A DNA stretch of 64,000 nt, taken from an uncultured Bacteroidales bacterium. Its GTDB lineage: Bacteria > Bacteroidota > Bacteroidia > Bacteroidales > UBA932. This document shows positions 44,702-55,912 of this stretch, one piece after another. Both the position numbers and the translations under genes were made by a program. The stretch covers positions 6,331 to 70,330 of the forward strand of contig CAMNHL010000008.1 of assembly GCA_946539455.1 (NCBI GenBank). The letters run 5' to 3'. The notes beneath the pieces were generated by a model, which was not told the origin of the DNA, made no database searches, and worked only from the letters and a program-made list of their open reading frames with translations. Within the stretch, counting starts at the first letter, position 1. The number at the start of each line of letters is the position of its first letter.

Positions 44702-46564
44702 TTATCTGCGGTTTTTCTGTTGTGCACGCATCTGCTGTTCCTGAAGCTTCTGCGCTTCTTCGAGTCTCTGCTGCCACTTGGACTTGGGAAGGGGCTTACC
44801 CTCGCTGGCTTTTACTTTGGCAAGTATCTCCTCGGGGTGAACGAAGAATTTCTTGATTACCCAAGTCTGGATGATGGCGATCAACTGTGAAAGCAAATAG
44901 TAATAACTGAGTGCCGCCGACAGGTTGTTGCAGATGAAGAACATCATGATAGGCATCATCCAAAGGGTCATGAACTTCATCGAAGAAGCCGTGGGGTCGT
45001 TGGATGCCGTCTGGTTGGCGGTCGTTATCTTGCTGTAAACCCACATGACGACGGCCATAAGCAATGCAAACAGGGAGAGATGGTCTCCAAGGAGCGGAAT
45101 GCGGAAGCCGAAGTCGAGGATCGAATCGTACGCACTGAGGTCGTCGCACCACAGGAAAGGCTGCTGGCGCAATTCGATGGACGCCGGGAAGAAGCGGAAC
45201 ATGGCCCACAGTATAGGGAAAGTGAGCAGCGTAGGCAGGCATCCGCCCATCGTATTCACCCCTGCCCTCCTGTAAAGGTCCATGGTGGCCTGCTGCTTTT
45301 TCATTGCGTCTTCCTGCTTGGGGTACTTGGCGTTGATCTTCTCGATTTCGGGCTTGAGAGCCTGCATCTTGGCGGAAGACGAGAACGACTTGTACGTGAG
45401 CGGGAATACCACAAGCTTGATGACCAGGGTCATAAGCAGGATTATCAGACCGAAGTTGGAGATGAAACGGCTGAAGAAGTTGAACATCGGGATGATGGCG
45501 TAGCGGGTAAACCAGCCGACGAGCCAACCGCCCAACGGAATGATCTTCTCGTACTTGTGTCCGTACGACTTGAGGGTATTGAAGTGATTGGGGCCGAAGT
45601 AGAATTCGTACGGCACGCTCACCGAAGGGGCGATCCTGAAGTCTGAACGCATCTTGGCGCTGCATGCCATCAGGTTGTTGGACGGGTCGTTCTCGGGAAC
45701 GAAATTGACCGAAAGCTCGCCGTTTGAGAATTCCTGAGGGGCCCTCATTATCGCAGAGAAGAACTGCTGCTGGAAAGCGACCCAGCTCAGACGCGAGCCT
45801 ATGCTCTTGGATGCGCTGCGGCCACGGCCGATTTCGGCGGGTTTCTTCTCCCCTTCGAAATAATAGTCGAGCTTGGAATACTGGGATTCGTTCTTGTAGC
45901 CTTTTTCCAGCCTGGGTATCGTGACGTTGTAATCGATGTCATAATTGCCCACGTTGCGGGGAATCACATTGTCCAGACCTACGAAAGACAGCAGGTTGTC
46001 GACGCTGTAGCTGTCGGGATGGATGGTGTAGCTCTGCTCGATATAGCCGCCGCCGGAAAAAGGCAGACGGTAAACAAGGGAGGTGTCGGTCTTGGCGAAA
46101 AGCTGGAAATTGAAATCGGAGGTACTAATGTACTGACCTGCATAAATGCTGATCGCATACTCGGAATCCCCGCCGCGGAAGAGCATGAGGTCTCCCCCGC
46201 CATAGCTTGAGTATTTCTTTAGCTGAGCGCTGTAAGGCTGTGCGCCTTTGGAGGTAAACTCAACACGCATGAGCTCATTCTCGAGCACCTCTATGCCGGC
46301 CTCGGCATTGTAGGACGACTCCAGGAGGGAATCGGCGTAAATGGTCTGGGCGGCAACGGCCGGTGCGGCGGGCGCCTGTCCGTCAGCGGCAAAAGCCTCC
46401 GCAGCCCCGGTGGCAAGAGTGTCACGGGGCATGGCGGCAAGTGCTATCGAGTCGCGGATGCGCTGCTCCTCAGCCTGTTTGCGGCTCTGTGAAGACTGGT
46501 AGAAGGTAAAGCCGAAAAGGATGACGGCAATGAGTATGAATCCGATAACTGAATTCTTATCCAT
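44702..46564 (-). CDS. yidC: Membrane protein insertase YidC
   Basis: QQFFS, YFGPN, PLTYKS, GGCLP, FLWCDDLS. Confidence 0.96.
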   Translation of the reverse strand: MDKNSVIGFILIAVILFGFTFYQSSQSRKQAEEQRIRDSIALAAMPRDTLATGAAEAFAADGQAPAAPAVAAQTIYADSLLESSYNAEAGIEVLENELMRVEFTSKGAQPYSAQLKKYSSYGGGDLMLFRGGDSEYAISIYAGQYISTSDFNFQLFAKTDTSLVYRLPFSGGGYIEQSYTIHPDSYSVDNLLSFVGLDNVIPRNVGNYDIDYNVTIPRLEKGYKNESQYSKLDYYFEGEKKPAEIGRGRSASKSIGSRLSWVAFQQQFFSAIMRAPQEFSNGELSVNFVPENDPSNNLMACSAKMRSDFRIAPSVSVPYEFYFGPNHFNTLKSYGHKYEKIIPLGGWLVGWFTRYAIIPMFNFFSRFISNFGLIILLMTLVIKLVVFPLTYKSFSSSAKMQALKPEIEKINAKYPKQEDAMKKQQATMDLYRRAGVNTMGGCLPTLLTFPILWAMFRFFPASIELRQQPFLWCDDLSAYDSILDFGFRIPLLGDHLSLFALLMAVVMWVYSKITTANQTASNDPTASSMKFMTLWMMPIMMFFICNNLSAALSYYYLLSQLIAIIQTWVIKKFFVHPEEILAKVKASEGKPLPKSKWQQRLEEAQKLQEQQMRAQQKNRR

Positions 46565-48342
46565 TACTGCTCGCCCTCCCCGGCCTGGCGTATCTTCTGC
46601 TCAAGTTCTTTCAATTCTGCCTTGGCCTTGTCTATCCGTTCCTGCATCTGCTTGATGAGGGGCTCGGAATTCTTGGAAGCCGAGAAGAAGCCTATGTTGT
46701 TCTCGTAAGTTGCAACATCCTGCTGGAGAGCACGATATTTGTCCATGAGGATATCCCTTTCGCTGCGGGGAGCCTTGGACGAAGGGCGGGATGAGCCGCG
46801 GTGCTCCTGAGACTGGAAGGGGAATTTCTCCTTGAGGGCGTCGCGCCACGCGGAGTTGACTGCATCCTTTTCCTTGAAAGGCACGTGGCCGATTGCCTGC
46901 CAGCGTTCCGTAAAGGATGCGAGGGCCTCTGAATTGGCGGCCTGGTCTTCTGCGGGAACATACGCCTGAAGCTCTGCTATAAGCGCTTTCTTGGCGCGCA
47001 GGTTGCCGTAGAAGTCGTTTTCGGGCTTGTTGTTCTTGTCCCTTTCGGCAAAGAATTCATCGCAGGCGGCACGGAAACGCTTCCAGATCTGCTCGCTCTT
47101 CTTGCGGGGGACGGTTCCGATTTCTTTCCACTGTTTCTGGAGTTCGATGAACTGGTCGGTGGCCTTCTTCCACTCGGTGCTGTTCTTGAGGGCCTCGGCC
47201 TTTTCGATGATTGACATCTTCTTTTCCAGATTGGAATTCATCGTATCCTTGAACCCGGCATAATAGTCGCGTTTGCGGGCGTAGAAGGTATCGCAGGCCG
47301 CACGGAAACGGTCGTAAATCTTCTGGTTCTCCTTGCGGGTGGCGAAACCGATCTTGCGCCAGCGTGCCTGAATGTCTTCTATCTGGGCCGAGAGCTCATT
47401 CCACTCGCCGGAAGATGTGACTTCCTTGGCGGCGATGGCTTCCACCTCTTCGCAGAGGGCCTGCTTGGCGACCAGATTGGCTGCCTGCTGCTCCTTCTGG
47501 CCCTCGAAATGAGCCTGGTAGCGCTTGTTGATGACTGCGGTTGCAGCCTTGAAGCGGTTCCAGATGTCTTCCCTCTTCTCCTTTGCGACGGGGCCGAACT
47601 CCTTCCACTGCTCGTGGAGCTTCTGGAGTTCGTGGAAGGCACCGACTACGTTCTCGTCTTCCGCGAGCTTTTCGGCGGCCTCGCAGAAAGCCTCCTTGGC
47701 CTCAAGGTTCTTCTGGAAGTCCAGGTCGCGCAGGTCGCGGCTGATTTTCACCATGTCGTAGAACTTTTCGACATAGTATTGGTATGAATCGTTGATGTCG
47801 CGGAATGCATTCGCCGGGACGGGACCTGCCTCTCTCCAGCGTGCCTGCAGCTGGCGGAATGCGGGGAACGAAGCACTGGCGTCTTCGTTGTTCTCCACGA
47901 TGGCCTTGAGCTCTTCTATGATGCCCTTCTTGACGGCGAGGTTCTCCTCCCGCTGGGCTTCCTGCTGCTTATTGAATTCTGCGCGCTCTTTTTTATAGTC
48001 TGCGTAAACCGCTTTGAAGTTCTCTTCCACGGCCTCGAAGGGGTTGGAAACTGCATTGGCGGAATCGGGGTTGTCTGATTTGAGTTTGGAGAGCAGTTTA
48101 TAAAATGCGGACTTGATGTTCTCGGCCTCCTTGGAGCGCAGCATGCTGTCGGCTCCCTGCTTGAGGTTCTGGAACATCTCGGACAGCTCGGCGAGAGTCT
48201 TGTCGGCAAGATTCTCGACTTTCTGAGCCGCCTGCTGTTCTTCTGCTTCTGCCTGATTAACCGGCTCGGAGACCGGAGTGTTTTTTTCTTCTACGTCCGG
48301 AGCCGCCATTACGGTGCTTTCGGGAATATTGTTTTCACTCAT
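46564..48342 (-). CDS. DUF349 repeat protein
   Basis: Repeated LQxxWxxxGxVP...WxRF units; C-terminal YENNIGFF. Confidence 0.88.
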   Translation of the reverse strand: MSENNIPESTVMAAPDVEEKNTPVSEPVNQAEAEEQQAAQKVENLADKTLAELSEMFQNLKQGADSMLRSKEAENIKSAFYKLLSKLKSDNPDSANAVSNPFEAVEENFKAVYADYKKERAEFNKQQEAQREENLAVKKGIIEELKAIVENNEDASASFPAFRQLQARWREAGPVPANAFRDINDSYQYYVEKFYDMVKISRDLRDLDFQKNLEAKEAFCEAAEKLAEDENVVGAFHELQKLHEQWKEFGPVAKEKREDIWNRFKAATAVINKRYQAHFEGQKEQQAANLVAKQALCEEVEAIAAKEVTSSGEWNELSAQIEDIQARWRKIGFATRKENQKIYDRFRAACDTFYARKRDYYAGFKDTMNSNLEKKMSIIEKAEALKNSTEWKKATDQFIELQKQWKEIGTVPRKKSEQIWKRFRAACDEFFAERDKNNKPENDFYGNLRAKKALIAELQAYVPAEDQAANSEALASFTERWQAIGHVPFKEKDAVNSAWRDALKEKFPFQSQEHRGSSRPSSKAPRSERDILMDKYRALQQDVATYENNIGFFSASKNSEPLIKQMQERIDKAKAELKELEQKIRQAGEGEQ

Positions 48343-48383
48343 ATTTGTGAGATTTAAATAATTCAACTTACAAATATAATAAA

Positions 48384-49136
48384 TTATTTGTCTTTAAGTT
48401 CTATTTCGTACAATCTCGGCCAATTCTTTCCGGTAAGGAAAATCCGGCCGTCCAAGACGGCTATTCCGTTGAGTACGTCGGTGTCCCTCCGGCGCAGGCC
48501 CGCGGGCAGCAGTCCGGTGCAATCGACCGTGGCTTCTACGATTCCGGTCCCGGGATTGATGATTACTATCATGTCGGTCGTATATACATTGGCCCAGACC
48601 TTGCCGTCAATCCATTCCAGTTCGTTGAGATATCGCACGGGGCGTCCGTTAAGGGTGACTTTGACCGCTTTCTGGAGGCGGAATTCCCCGTCGAGGAAAT
48701 ACAGGCTGGAAGACCCGTCCGAGGCGATGAGGCTCTTGCCGTCGGTCGTGAGTCCCCATCCTTCCCTGGGATACGAATAAGACTTGATGTATTCCAGCGA
48801 AGCTGCGTCATAGACGAACGCCACCTTGCTCGTCCAGGTGAGCATGTACATGCGTCCGTCGAGAATGACAGACCCCTCGCCGAAATATTTGCGGTTAAGC
48901 TCCAGCTTGCGGAGCACTTTGCCGGTGCCGAGATCCACTTTGCGGAAAGAACTCTGCCCGGTCTGACCGGTGCTTTCGTACAGCTGTCCTCCTTCGAAGA
49001 ACAGACCCTGGGTGTAGGCTCCCCTGTCGTGCGGATATTCCTTCACGACCCTTACCGAGTATTGTTTTGGCGCGGGTGCCGAGCAGGCGGAAAGGCATGC
49101 CAGACAAGCCGCAAACGACATAATCAAGCGTTTCAT
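48384..49136 (-). CDS. Glutaminyl-peptide cyclotransferase (type I, beta-propeller) lipoprotein
   Basis: YTQGL, ESTG, FGEG, EGWGLT, LNELE, VLNGIA, TGKNW; lipobox SAC. Confidence 0.92.
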   Translation of the reverse strand: MKRLIMSFAACLACLSACSAPAPKQYSVRVVKEYPHDRGAYTQGLFFEGGQLYESTGQTGQSSFRKVDLGTGKVLRKLELNRKYFGEGSVILDGRMYMLTWTSKVAFVYDAASLEYIKSYSYPREGWGLTTDGKSLIASDGSSSLYFLDGEFRLQKAVKVTLNGRPVRYLNELEWIDGKVWANVYTTDMIVIINPGTGIVEATVDCTGLLPAGLRRRDTDVLNGIAVLDGRIFLTGKNWPRLYEIELKDK

Positions 49137-49142
49137 AGACTA

Positions 49143-49169
49143 CAAATTTAGCAAAAAAAACTATATTTG
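49143..49169. promoter_or_regulatory. Back-to-back -7 boxes for the cyclotransferase gene and trmD
   Basis: TAAATTTG (-) at 49143-50 and TATATTTG (+) at 49162-69, each 6 nt from an ATG. Confidence 0.7.
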
Positions 49170-49175
49170 TACGCA

Positions 49176-49859
49176 ATGATGAGAATCGACATATTGAGCG
49201 TGGTTCCCGAACTTCTCGAGAGCCCCCTCGCCCACTCCATAGTAGGAAGGGCAATCCGCAAGGGCCTGGTCGATATCCGGGTCCACAATCTGAGGAAATA
49301 CGGCATCGGACCGAGACGCAACGTAGACGACTACAGCTATGGCGGCGATGCCGGCATGGTCATGATGGTCGAGCCCGTTTACAAGATGATAGAAGAGCTG
49401 CGCAGCGAACGGGAATACGACGAGGTGATATACCTTTCTCCAGATGGAGAAAGACTTCAGCAAAGCATATCCAACGAATTATCCCTCAAAACGAACCTTA
49501 TACTGCTATGTGGACATTATAAGGGTATTGACCACCGCATCCGGGAGCATCTGGTTACCCGCGAGATATCGGTGGGCGACTATGTGGTGAGCGGCGGTGA
49601 GATACCCGCTGCCCTGCTTGCAGACTCCATAGTCCGCCTGATTCCGGGCGCCCTCACCGACGAAACCTCCGCCCTCTCCGACTCGTTCCAGGACAATCTC
49701 TTATCTCCTCCCGTATATACCCGTCCCGCCGAGTTCAACGGCTGGAAAGTCCCCGACGTTTTGCTTAGCGGCAATCCCAAACTAATACGAGAATGGCAAG
49801 ATAATCAAGCACTTGAGAGAACACGGCTGCTTCGCCCCGAACTTTTGGAGGAGAATTAA
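49176..49859 (+). CDS. trmD: tRNA (guanine37-N1)-methyltransferase
   Basis: [36 protein letters not shown]; start at 49176 or 49179. Confidence 0.97.
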   Translation: MMRIDILSVVPELLESPLAHSIVGRAIRKGLVDIRVHNLRKYGIGPRRNVDDYSYGGDAGMVMMVEPVYKMIEELRSEREYDEVIYLSPDGERLQQSISNELSLKTNLILLCGHYKGIDHRIREHLVTREISVGDYVVSGGEIPAALLADSIVRLIPGALTDETSALSDSFQDNLLSPPVYTRPAEFNGWKVPDVLLSGNPKLIREWQDNQALERTRLLRPELLEEN

Positions 49860-49912
49860 TAAAAATTTTTAAAAACGAAAAATTGTTTTTTCAAAAATTT
49901 TCGCAAAAATGC

Positions 49913-49942
49913 TTGCCAATTGAAATATTTGGTTTATATTTG
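49913..49942 (+). promoter_or_regulatory. Consensus-like Bacteroidota promoter with no ORF downstream
   Basis: TTG (49913-15), 19-nt spacer, TATATTTG (49935-42), AT-rich upstream tract. Confidence 0.7.
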
Positions 49943-49945
49943 CAA

Positions 49946-50041
49946 TCGGAAATCAACAACTATTCTAACCAACAATAATTAACCTTCAATAAGGTATACA
50001 CTACTAACTAACCGTTAAAGCCCGCTGTGAAGCGGGCTTTA
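49946..50041 (+). ncRNA. Candidate small RNA, ~95 nt, A/C-rich
   Basis: Own promoter, no ATG in the body, small ACCTT-CAAT-AAGGT hairpin, closed by an 11-bp stem; asd has a separate promoter. Confidence 0.55.
50016..50041 (+). terminator. Intrinsic terminator-like hairpin
   Basis: TAAAGCCCGCT-GTGA-AGCGGGCTTTA perfect stem with a GNRA loop; short U tract. Confidence 0.78.
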
Positions 50042-50126
50042 GTCGTATTTAGAGCCCGGCCGGCTTTTACAATATGAATGAAATCACTATATTTGTACAA
50101 CTTAGTTTTTAACCATTAGTACGGAT

Positions 50127-51134
50127 ATGAAAGCAGCGATAGTCGGCGCCAGCGGCGCCGTAGGACAAGAATTACTCCGGGTACTCGAGCAACGTAATTT
50201 TCCCGCAGACTCCCTTGTGCTTTTCGGCTCAGAGCGCAGCGCCGGCAAAAAATACTTATTCAGAGGCAAAGAACTTGAAGTCAAGCTTCTCCAGCACAAC
50301 GACGACTTCCGGGATATAGACTATGCCTTTACCTCCGCAGGAGCATCCACGTCCCGCGAGTTCGCCTCCACAATCACCCGCTACGGAACCGTGATGATAG
50401 ACAATTCCTCCGCCTTCCGCATGGACGAAGACGTCCCGCTGGTGGTTCCTGAATGCAATGCGGAAGACGCCCTCAGGCATCCCAGGGGCATCATCGCCAA
50501 TCCCAACTGCACCACTATCATGATGGTGGTCGTTCTCAAGCCTATCGAAAGGCTTTCGCATATCCGCCGGGTACACGTGGCCACTTACCAGTCGGCCTCG
50601 GGCGCTGGGGCCAGGGCTATGGCAGAATTGCAGGAGCAGTATCGCCAGATAGTATGCGGAGAGCCCGTGAGCGTGGAGCGTTTCCCCTATCAGCTTGCAT
50701 ACAACGTCATTCCGCAGATCGATGTCTTTACCGACAACGACTATACCAAGGAAGAAATGAAGATGTGGGCCGAGACCCGCAAGATACTTCACTCCGACAT
50801 CGATTGCAGCGCGATGTGCGTCCGCATTTCCGCCCTTCGCTCCCATTCGGAGGCGGTATGGCTGGAAACAGAGGACGCGCTGGAAGTTTCCGCCGTACGC
50901 GAAGCCCTTGCCGCGGCTCCTGGAGTGACTGTACTCGACGATCCTTCGTCGGCTACCTATCCCATGCCTCTGTTTACTGCCGGCAAAGACGATGTCTTCG
51001 TAGGTCGTATCCGCAAGGACCTGTCCAGCCCCAACGGCATCACGCTCTGGCTCTCCGGAGACCAGATCCGCAAAGGTGCGGCCCTCAATGCTGTGCAGAT
51101 AGCGGAATTTTTGCTAACTTGCGGCTCGAAATGA
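50127..51134 (+). CDS. asd: Aspartate-semialdehyde dehydrogenase
   Basis: [45 protein letters not shown]; -7 box at 50088-95. Confidence 0.97.
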   Translation: MKAAIVGASGAVGQELLRVLEQRNFPADSLVLFGSERSAGKKYLFRGKELEVKLLQHNDDFRDIDYAFTSAGASTSREFASTITRYGTVMIDNSSAFRMDEDVPLVVPECNAEDALRHPRGIIANPNCTTIMMVVVLKPIERLSHIRRVHVATYQSASGAGARAMAELQEQYRQIVCGEPVSVERFPYQLAYNVIPQIDVFTDNDYTKEEMKMWAETRKILHSDIDCSAMCVRISALRSHSEAVWLETEDALEVSAVREALAAAPGVTVLDDPSSATYPMPLFTAGKDDVFVGRIRKDLSSPNGITLWLSGDQIRKGAALNAVQIAEFLLTCGSK

Positions 51135-51141
51135 ACCAAGG

Positions 51142-53397
51142 ATGTCCGAAGAACTGAATCTGGTGGCTGACCTGGCGGTCATTCTGATAGCCGCCGGCAT
51201 ATTTACCGTCATATCGAAGGCTCTCAAGCAGCCTTTGATTCTCGGTTATATCATCGCCGGTTTCATAGTCAGCCCCCACCTAGGTCTGATTCCCGCCATT
51301 TCCAGCACCGAATCAGTCAGCCAGTGGTCCGAGATCGGCATTATCTTCCTGCTTTTCGCCCTCGGACTGGAATTCAGTTTCAAGAAATTGCTAAAGGTCG
51401 GCAGCAGCGCGCTCATAACGGCCGGCACAATATGTATCGGCATGTTCATCACCGGCATGGTCGCCGGCAACGCCTTTGGCTGGGCGCGCATGGAAAGCCT
51501 TTTCCTCGGCGGCCTGCTCTCCATGAGCTCCACCACCGTTATCATCAAAGCCTACGACGACATGGGCCTCAAGAAGAGGCCTTATGCGCCGCTGATATTC
51601 GGAACCCTGGTGGTCGAAGACCTCATTGCCGTCATAATGATGGTCCTGCTTTCCACCCTGGCTGTCTCCAAGCAGTTCTCCGGAGGCCAGATGCTCATGA
51701 GCCTCGCCCGCCTGGCGTTCTTCCTTATATTATGGTTCCTTGTCGGTCTCTACGTCATACCAATAGTGCTCAAAAAAGCGCGCAAATACCTAAATGACGA
51801 GATACTCCTCATCATATCCATAGGTTTGTGCTTCGGTATGGTCGCGCTCGCTTCCTTTGCCGGTTTTTCCTCCGCGCTGGGCGCTTTCGTCATGGGCTCC
51901 ATACTTGCAGAGACTGTGGAGGGCGAACGCATCGGGCACCTGCTCACCGGCATAAAGAACCTTTTCGGAGCTATCTTCTTTGTGTCCGTAGGTATGATGA
52001 TAGATCCGGCAATAATCGGCCAGCATTGGGCTACGATACTGATTATCGCACTGATAGCCGTCACCGGCATACTTCTCTTCTCCACGACTGGAGCACTGCT
52101 CGCCGGACAGGGGCTGGACAATTCCGTCCACGTTGGCTTTACGATGGCCCAGCTGGGCGAATTCTCATTCATCATAGCGAGCCTGGGCTGCAGTCTCGGC
52201 GTCATGCGGCCGTTCATATACCCTGTCATTATCGCCGTATCCGTGATTACCACGTTTACGGCTCCCTACATGATCAAAGCCGGCGACCCGGCCAGCAAAT
52301 GGCTTTCCGCACACCTGCCCAACAGGATCCTCGACCGCATAAATCCCCAGCAGGGCGAGGGTGGCGTCAATTCTTCCGCAGAAAAGAACGAATGGACGGA
52401 ACTTATCAAGAGTTATGTCATCCGCGTCGTCCTCTACGGAGTCATACTCGTGGCCATACTCCTGGCGTCGAGGTTGCTGCTCGGCAATCTGGCCGCAAAG
52501 CTGCTCCCCTTCCTGGGAGATGATTTGCGCAAGCTGATATGCCTTGGCGTGACCCTCGCCGTGATGCTTCCTTTCCTGTATGGCCTCGCCATCGCAAACG
52601 GTTCCATCAACGTACACGCACCCAAACTCCTCAAGGAACGGGCTGCCAACCGCTGGCCTATCCTTTCGCTGATGATTTTCCGCATACTCATCGCAGTCGG
52701 ATTCATTCTCGCAGCCATCACCAGCTATTTCAGGCTGGGCGGTTGGGGCGTCATTGCCGTAATCGCAGCGGGACTCCTGTTCTTCATCTTCGCCAAGAGC
52801 GCCTTCAAGAGCATCTCAGGCCTGGAGAAGCGCTTCATGGAGAATTTCAACGCCCGCGAGGAGCAGGAACGCCGGGCAATGCCCATCGCATCCACCGTCC
52901 GCGACAATCTCTCAGAATACGATATCCACACGCAGTCAATCGAGGTATCCCCCGACTTCGTGTTTGCCGGAAAGAGCCTGCGCGATATGCCTTTCCGCAA
53001 GAATTCCGGCATCAACATCATAAAGATACAGCGTGGCAGTCACTCCATACTCATACCCTCGGGAGATGAGCCGATATTTCCGCACGACAAAATAATCGCT
53101 GTAGGTACGAGCGCTCAACTATCGGCATTTGAGCAGGTTATGAAAGACAATACGGCTTCGGAGCCAGAGGATACAGCGCAAGGGTTCACCCTTATAAACG
53201 CCGTACTCCAGAAAGATTCCTACCTCACCGGCAAGACGCTCCGCGAGGCCGACATGAGAAAGAGCGGATGCATGATAATAAGCGTACTGCATTCCGGACA
53301 GCTGATTACCAACCCAGGAGCCGACTTCCGGTTCAATGAAGGCGATACGGTGTGGATTGCAGGAGAAGAAAGTTCGTGTAACTGGTTTATACAATAA
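51142..53397 (+). CDS. CPA2 cation:proton antiporter with two C-terminal TrkA_C domains
   Basis: LFALGLEFS, MSSTT, VEDL, FFVSVG, QLGEFSF; two RCK_C repeats. Confidence 0.92.
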   Translation: MSEELNLVADLAVILIAAGIFTVISKALKQPLILGYIIAGFIVSPHLGLIPAISSTESVSQWSEIGIIFLLFALGLEFSFKKLLKVGSSALITAGTICIGMFITGMVAGNAFGWARMESLFLGGLLSMSSTTVIIKAYDDMGLKKRPYAPLIFGTLVVEDLIAVIMMVLLSTLAVSKQFSGGQMLMSLARLAFFLILWFLVGLYVIPIVLKKARKYLNDEILLIISIGLCFGMVALASFAGFSSALGAFVMGSILAETVEGERIGHLLTGIKNLFGAIFFVSVGMMIDPAIIGQHWATILIIALIAVTGILLFSTTGALLAGQGLDNSVHVGFTMAQLGEFSFIIASLGCSLGVMRPFIYPVIIAVSVITTFTAPYMIKAGDPASKWLSAHLPNRILDRINPQQGEGGVNSSAEKNEWTELIKSYVIRVVLYGVILVAILLASRLLLGNLAAKLLPFLGDDLRKLICLGVTLAVMLPFLYGLAIANGSINVHAPKLLKERAANRWPILSLMIFRILIAVGFILAAITSYFRLGGWGVIAVIAAGLLFFIFAKSAFKSISGLEKRFMENFNAREEQERRAMPIASTVRDNLSEYDIHTQSIEVSPDFVFAGKSLRDMPFRKNSGINIIKIQRGSHSILIPSGDEPIFPHDKIIAVGTSAQLSAFEQVMKDNTASEPEDTAQGFTLINAVLQKDSYLTGKTLREADMRKSGCMIISVLHSGQLITNPGADFRFNEGDTVWIAGEESSCNWFIQ

Positions 53398-54537
<1,140 letters not shown>

Positions 54538-54605
54538 GGGTTAACAAAAATGTTAACCATTGTAACATTTTAGTTTTATAGTGTATTTTTCAATAATTTA
54601 CTAAT

Positions 54606-55466
54606 ATGAGACTCGACGGAAGACGCCAAAGCACAAATGTTGAAGACAGACGCGGCCGAACGGTAGGAAAAGCCGGTGGGCTAAGCCTCGGAGGCCTCCT
54701 GATTGCAGGAATTCTGTACCTCGTATTCGGAATCGACGCAACTCCCGTCCTGCAGCAGGCCGGCAATATGGGCGGCGCTGTGCAGACGGAAACCGAATAC
54801 ACTCCTTCCGCCCAGGAAGAAGAACTCGCGGTTTTCACAAAACAGATTCTCGCAGGAACCGAGGATGTCTGGACCCGGATCTTCAAGGAAAGCGGACTCA
54901 AATACGAAGCTCCCAAGCTGGTACTCTACAACGATTACGTACAGACATCCACAGGAACAGCCTCCGCACAGGTCGGGCCTTTCTACAACAGTGCCGACCA
55001 GACGGTGTATCTCGATCTCTCCTTCTTCAGCAACATGAAGAAAGATATCGGAGCCGACGGCGATTTTGCATATGCTTACGTCATAGCGCACGAAATCGGC
55101 CACCATGTACAGTACCTGCTTGGCACACTGAATGACGCACACGCCAAAATGGCGCGCATGAGCGAGAAGGAAGCCAACAAGATGAGCGTACGGATTGAGC
55201 TCCAGGCCGACTTCTATGCAGGAATCTGGGCCCATTACGACAACAAGTTCTTCGGTTCTCTCGACGATTCCGACTTCGAAGAAGGCGTAGCGGCGGCAAA
55301 CAAAATCGGTGACGACTATCTCCAGAAAAAATCATACGGTTACACCGTTCCCGACGCTTTCACCCATGGCACCGCCGCCCAGCGTGTACGCTGGCTCAAA
55401 AAGGGCTTTACAAGCGGAGACCCTTCCCAGGGAGACACCTTCTCAATTTCATATAACAGCCTATGA
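54606..55466 (+). CDS. Neutral zinc metallopeptidase (YpfJ family)
   Basis: STNVEDRR, GPFY, AHEIGHHVQ, ELQAD, FTHGT. Confidence 0.92.
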   Translation: MRLDGRRQSTNVEDRRGRTVGKAGGLSLGGLLIAGILYLVFGIDATPVLQQAGNMGGAVQTETEYTPSAQEEELAVFTKQILAGTEDVWTRIFKESGLKYEAPKLVLYNDYVQTSTGTASAQVGPFYNSADQTVYLDLSFFSNMKKDIGADGDFAYAYVIAHEIGHHVQYLLGTLNDAHAKMARMSEKEANKMSVRIELQADFYAGIWAHYDNKFFGSLDDSDFEEGVAAANKIGDDYLQKKSYGYTVPDAFTHGTAAQRVRWLKKGFTSGDPSQGDTFSISYNSL

Positions 55467-55912
55467 CATACGACATTGCACTCCCGCTCTCTGCCGAATG
55501 GATACGCGAAGAAGAGCGCTATGAGGAACTGGAAAACGCCCTCATAACACACCTGGAATGCCATCTTCCCTCTGCCGAAGAAGGTAAATACGAGGCCGTA
55601 CTCGACCTCTATGTCGGCGACCTTCCGTCCGATACCACGGCAGAAGACGAAGCCTATGCCAACTACGCAGAAATCATTGGCTGGGACGAAGAAGACGAAG
55701 AAGAGGATCCTATTGCCGAATGGACTTTCCAGAAAAAGAAAGCCTACGGATTCACTGGAGAATGTGAAGACGGCTCCATCATGCTCCTTATGTGCGTGGA
55801 GATAGTCAAGCGCGGACTGCTGATATGTTCGGTGATTGCACCCGACGATGCGGCCGTCTCAAAATGGGCGAAATACCTTGAAGCCAACCTTAAGGTAAAG
55901 GCAGTTAACTAA
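55463..55912 (+). CDS. Hypothetical acidic protein
   Basis: ATGA overlap with the upstream stop; host-like codon usage. Confidence 0.7.
   Translation: MTYDIALPLSAEWIREEERYEELENALITHLECHLPSAEEGKYEAVLDLYVGDLPSDTTAEDEAYANYAEIIGWDEEDEEEDPIAEWTFQKKKAYGFTGECEDGSIMLLMCVEIVKRGLLICSVIAPDDAAVSKWAKYLEANLKVKAVN

Noticed and set aside
49946-50126. Lysine riboswitch or leader-peptide attenuator for asd
   Set aside because: No start codon, too short and G-poor for an L-box, and asd has its own promoter box downstream of the hairpin.
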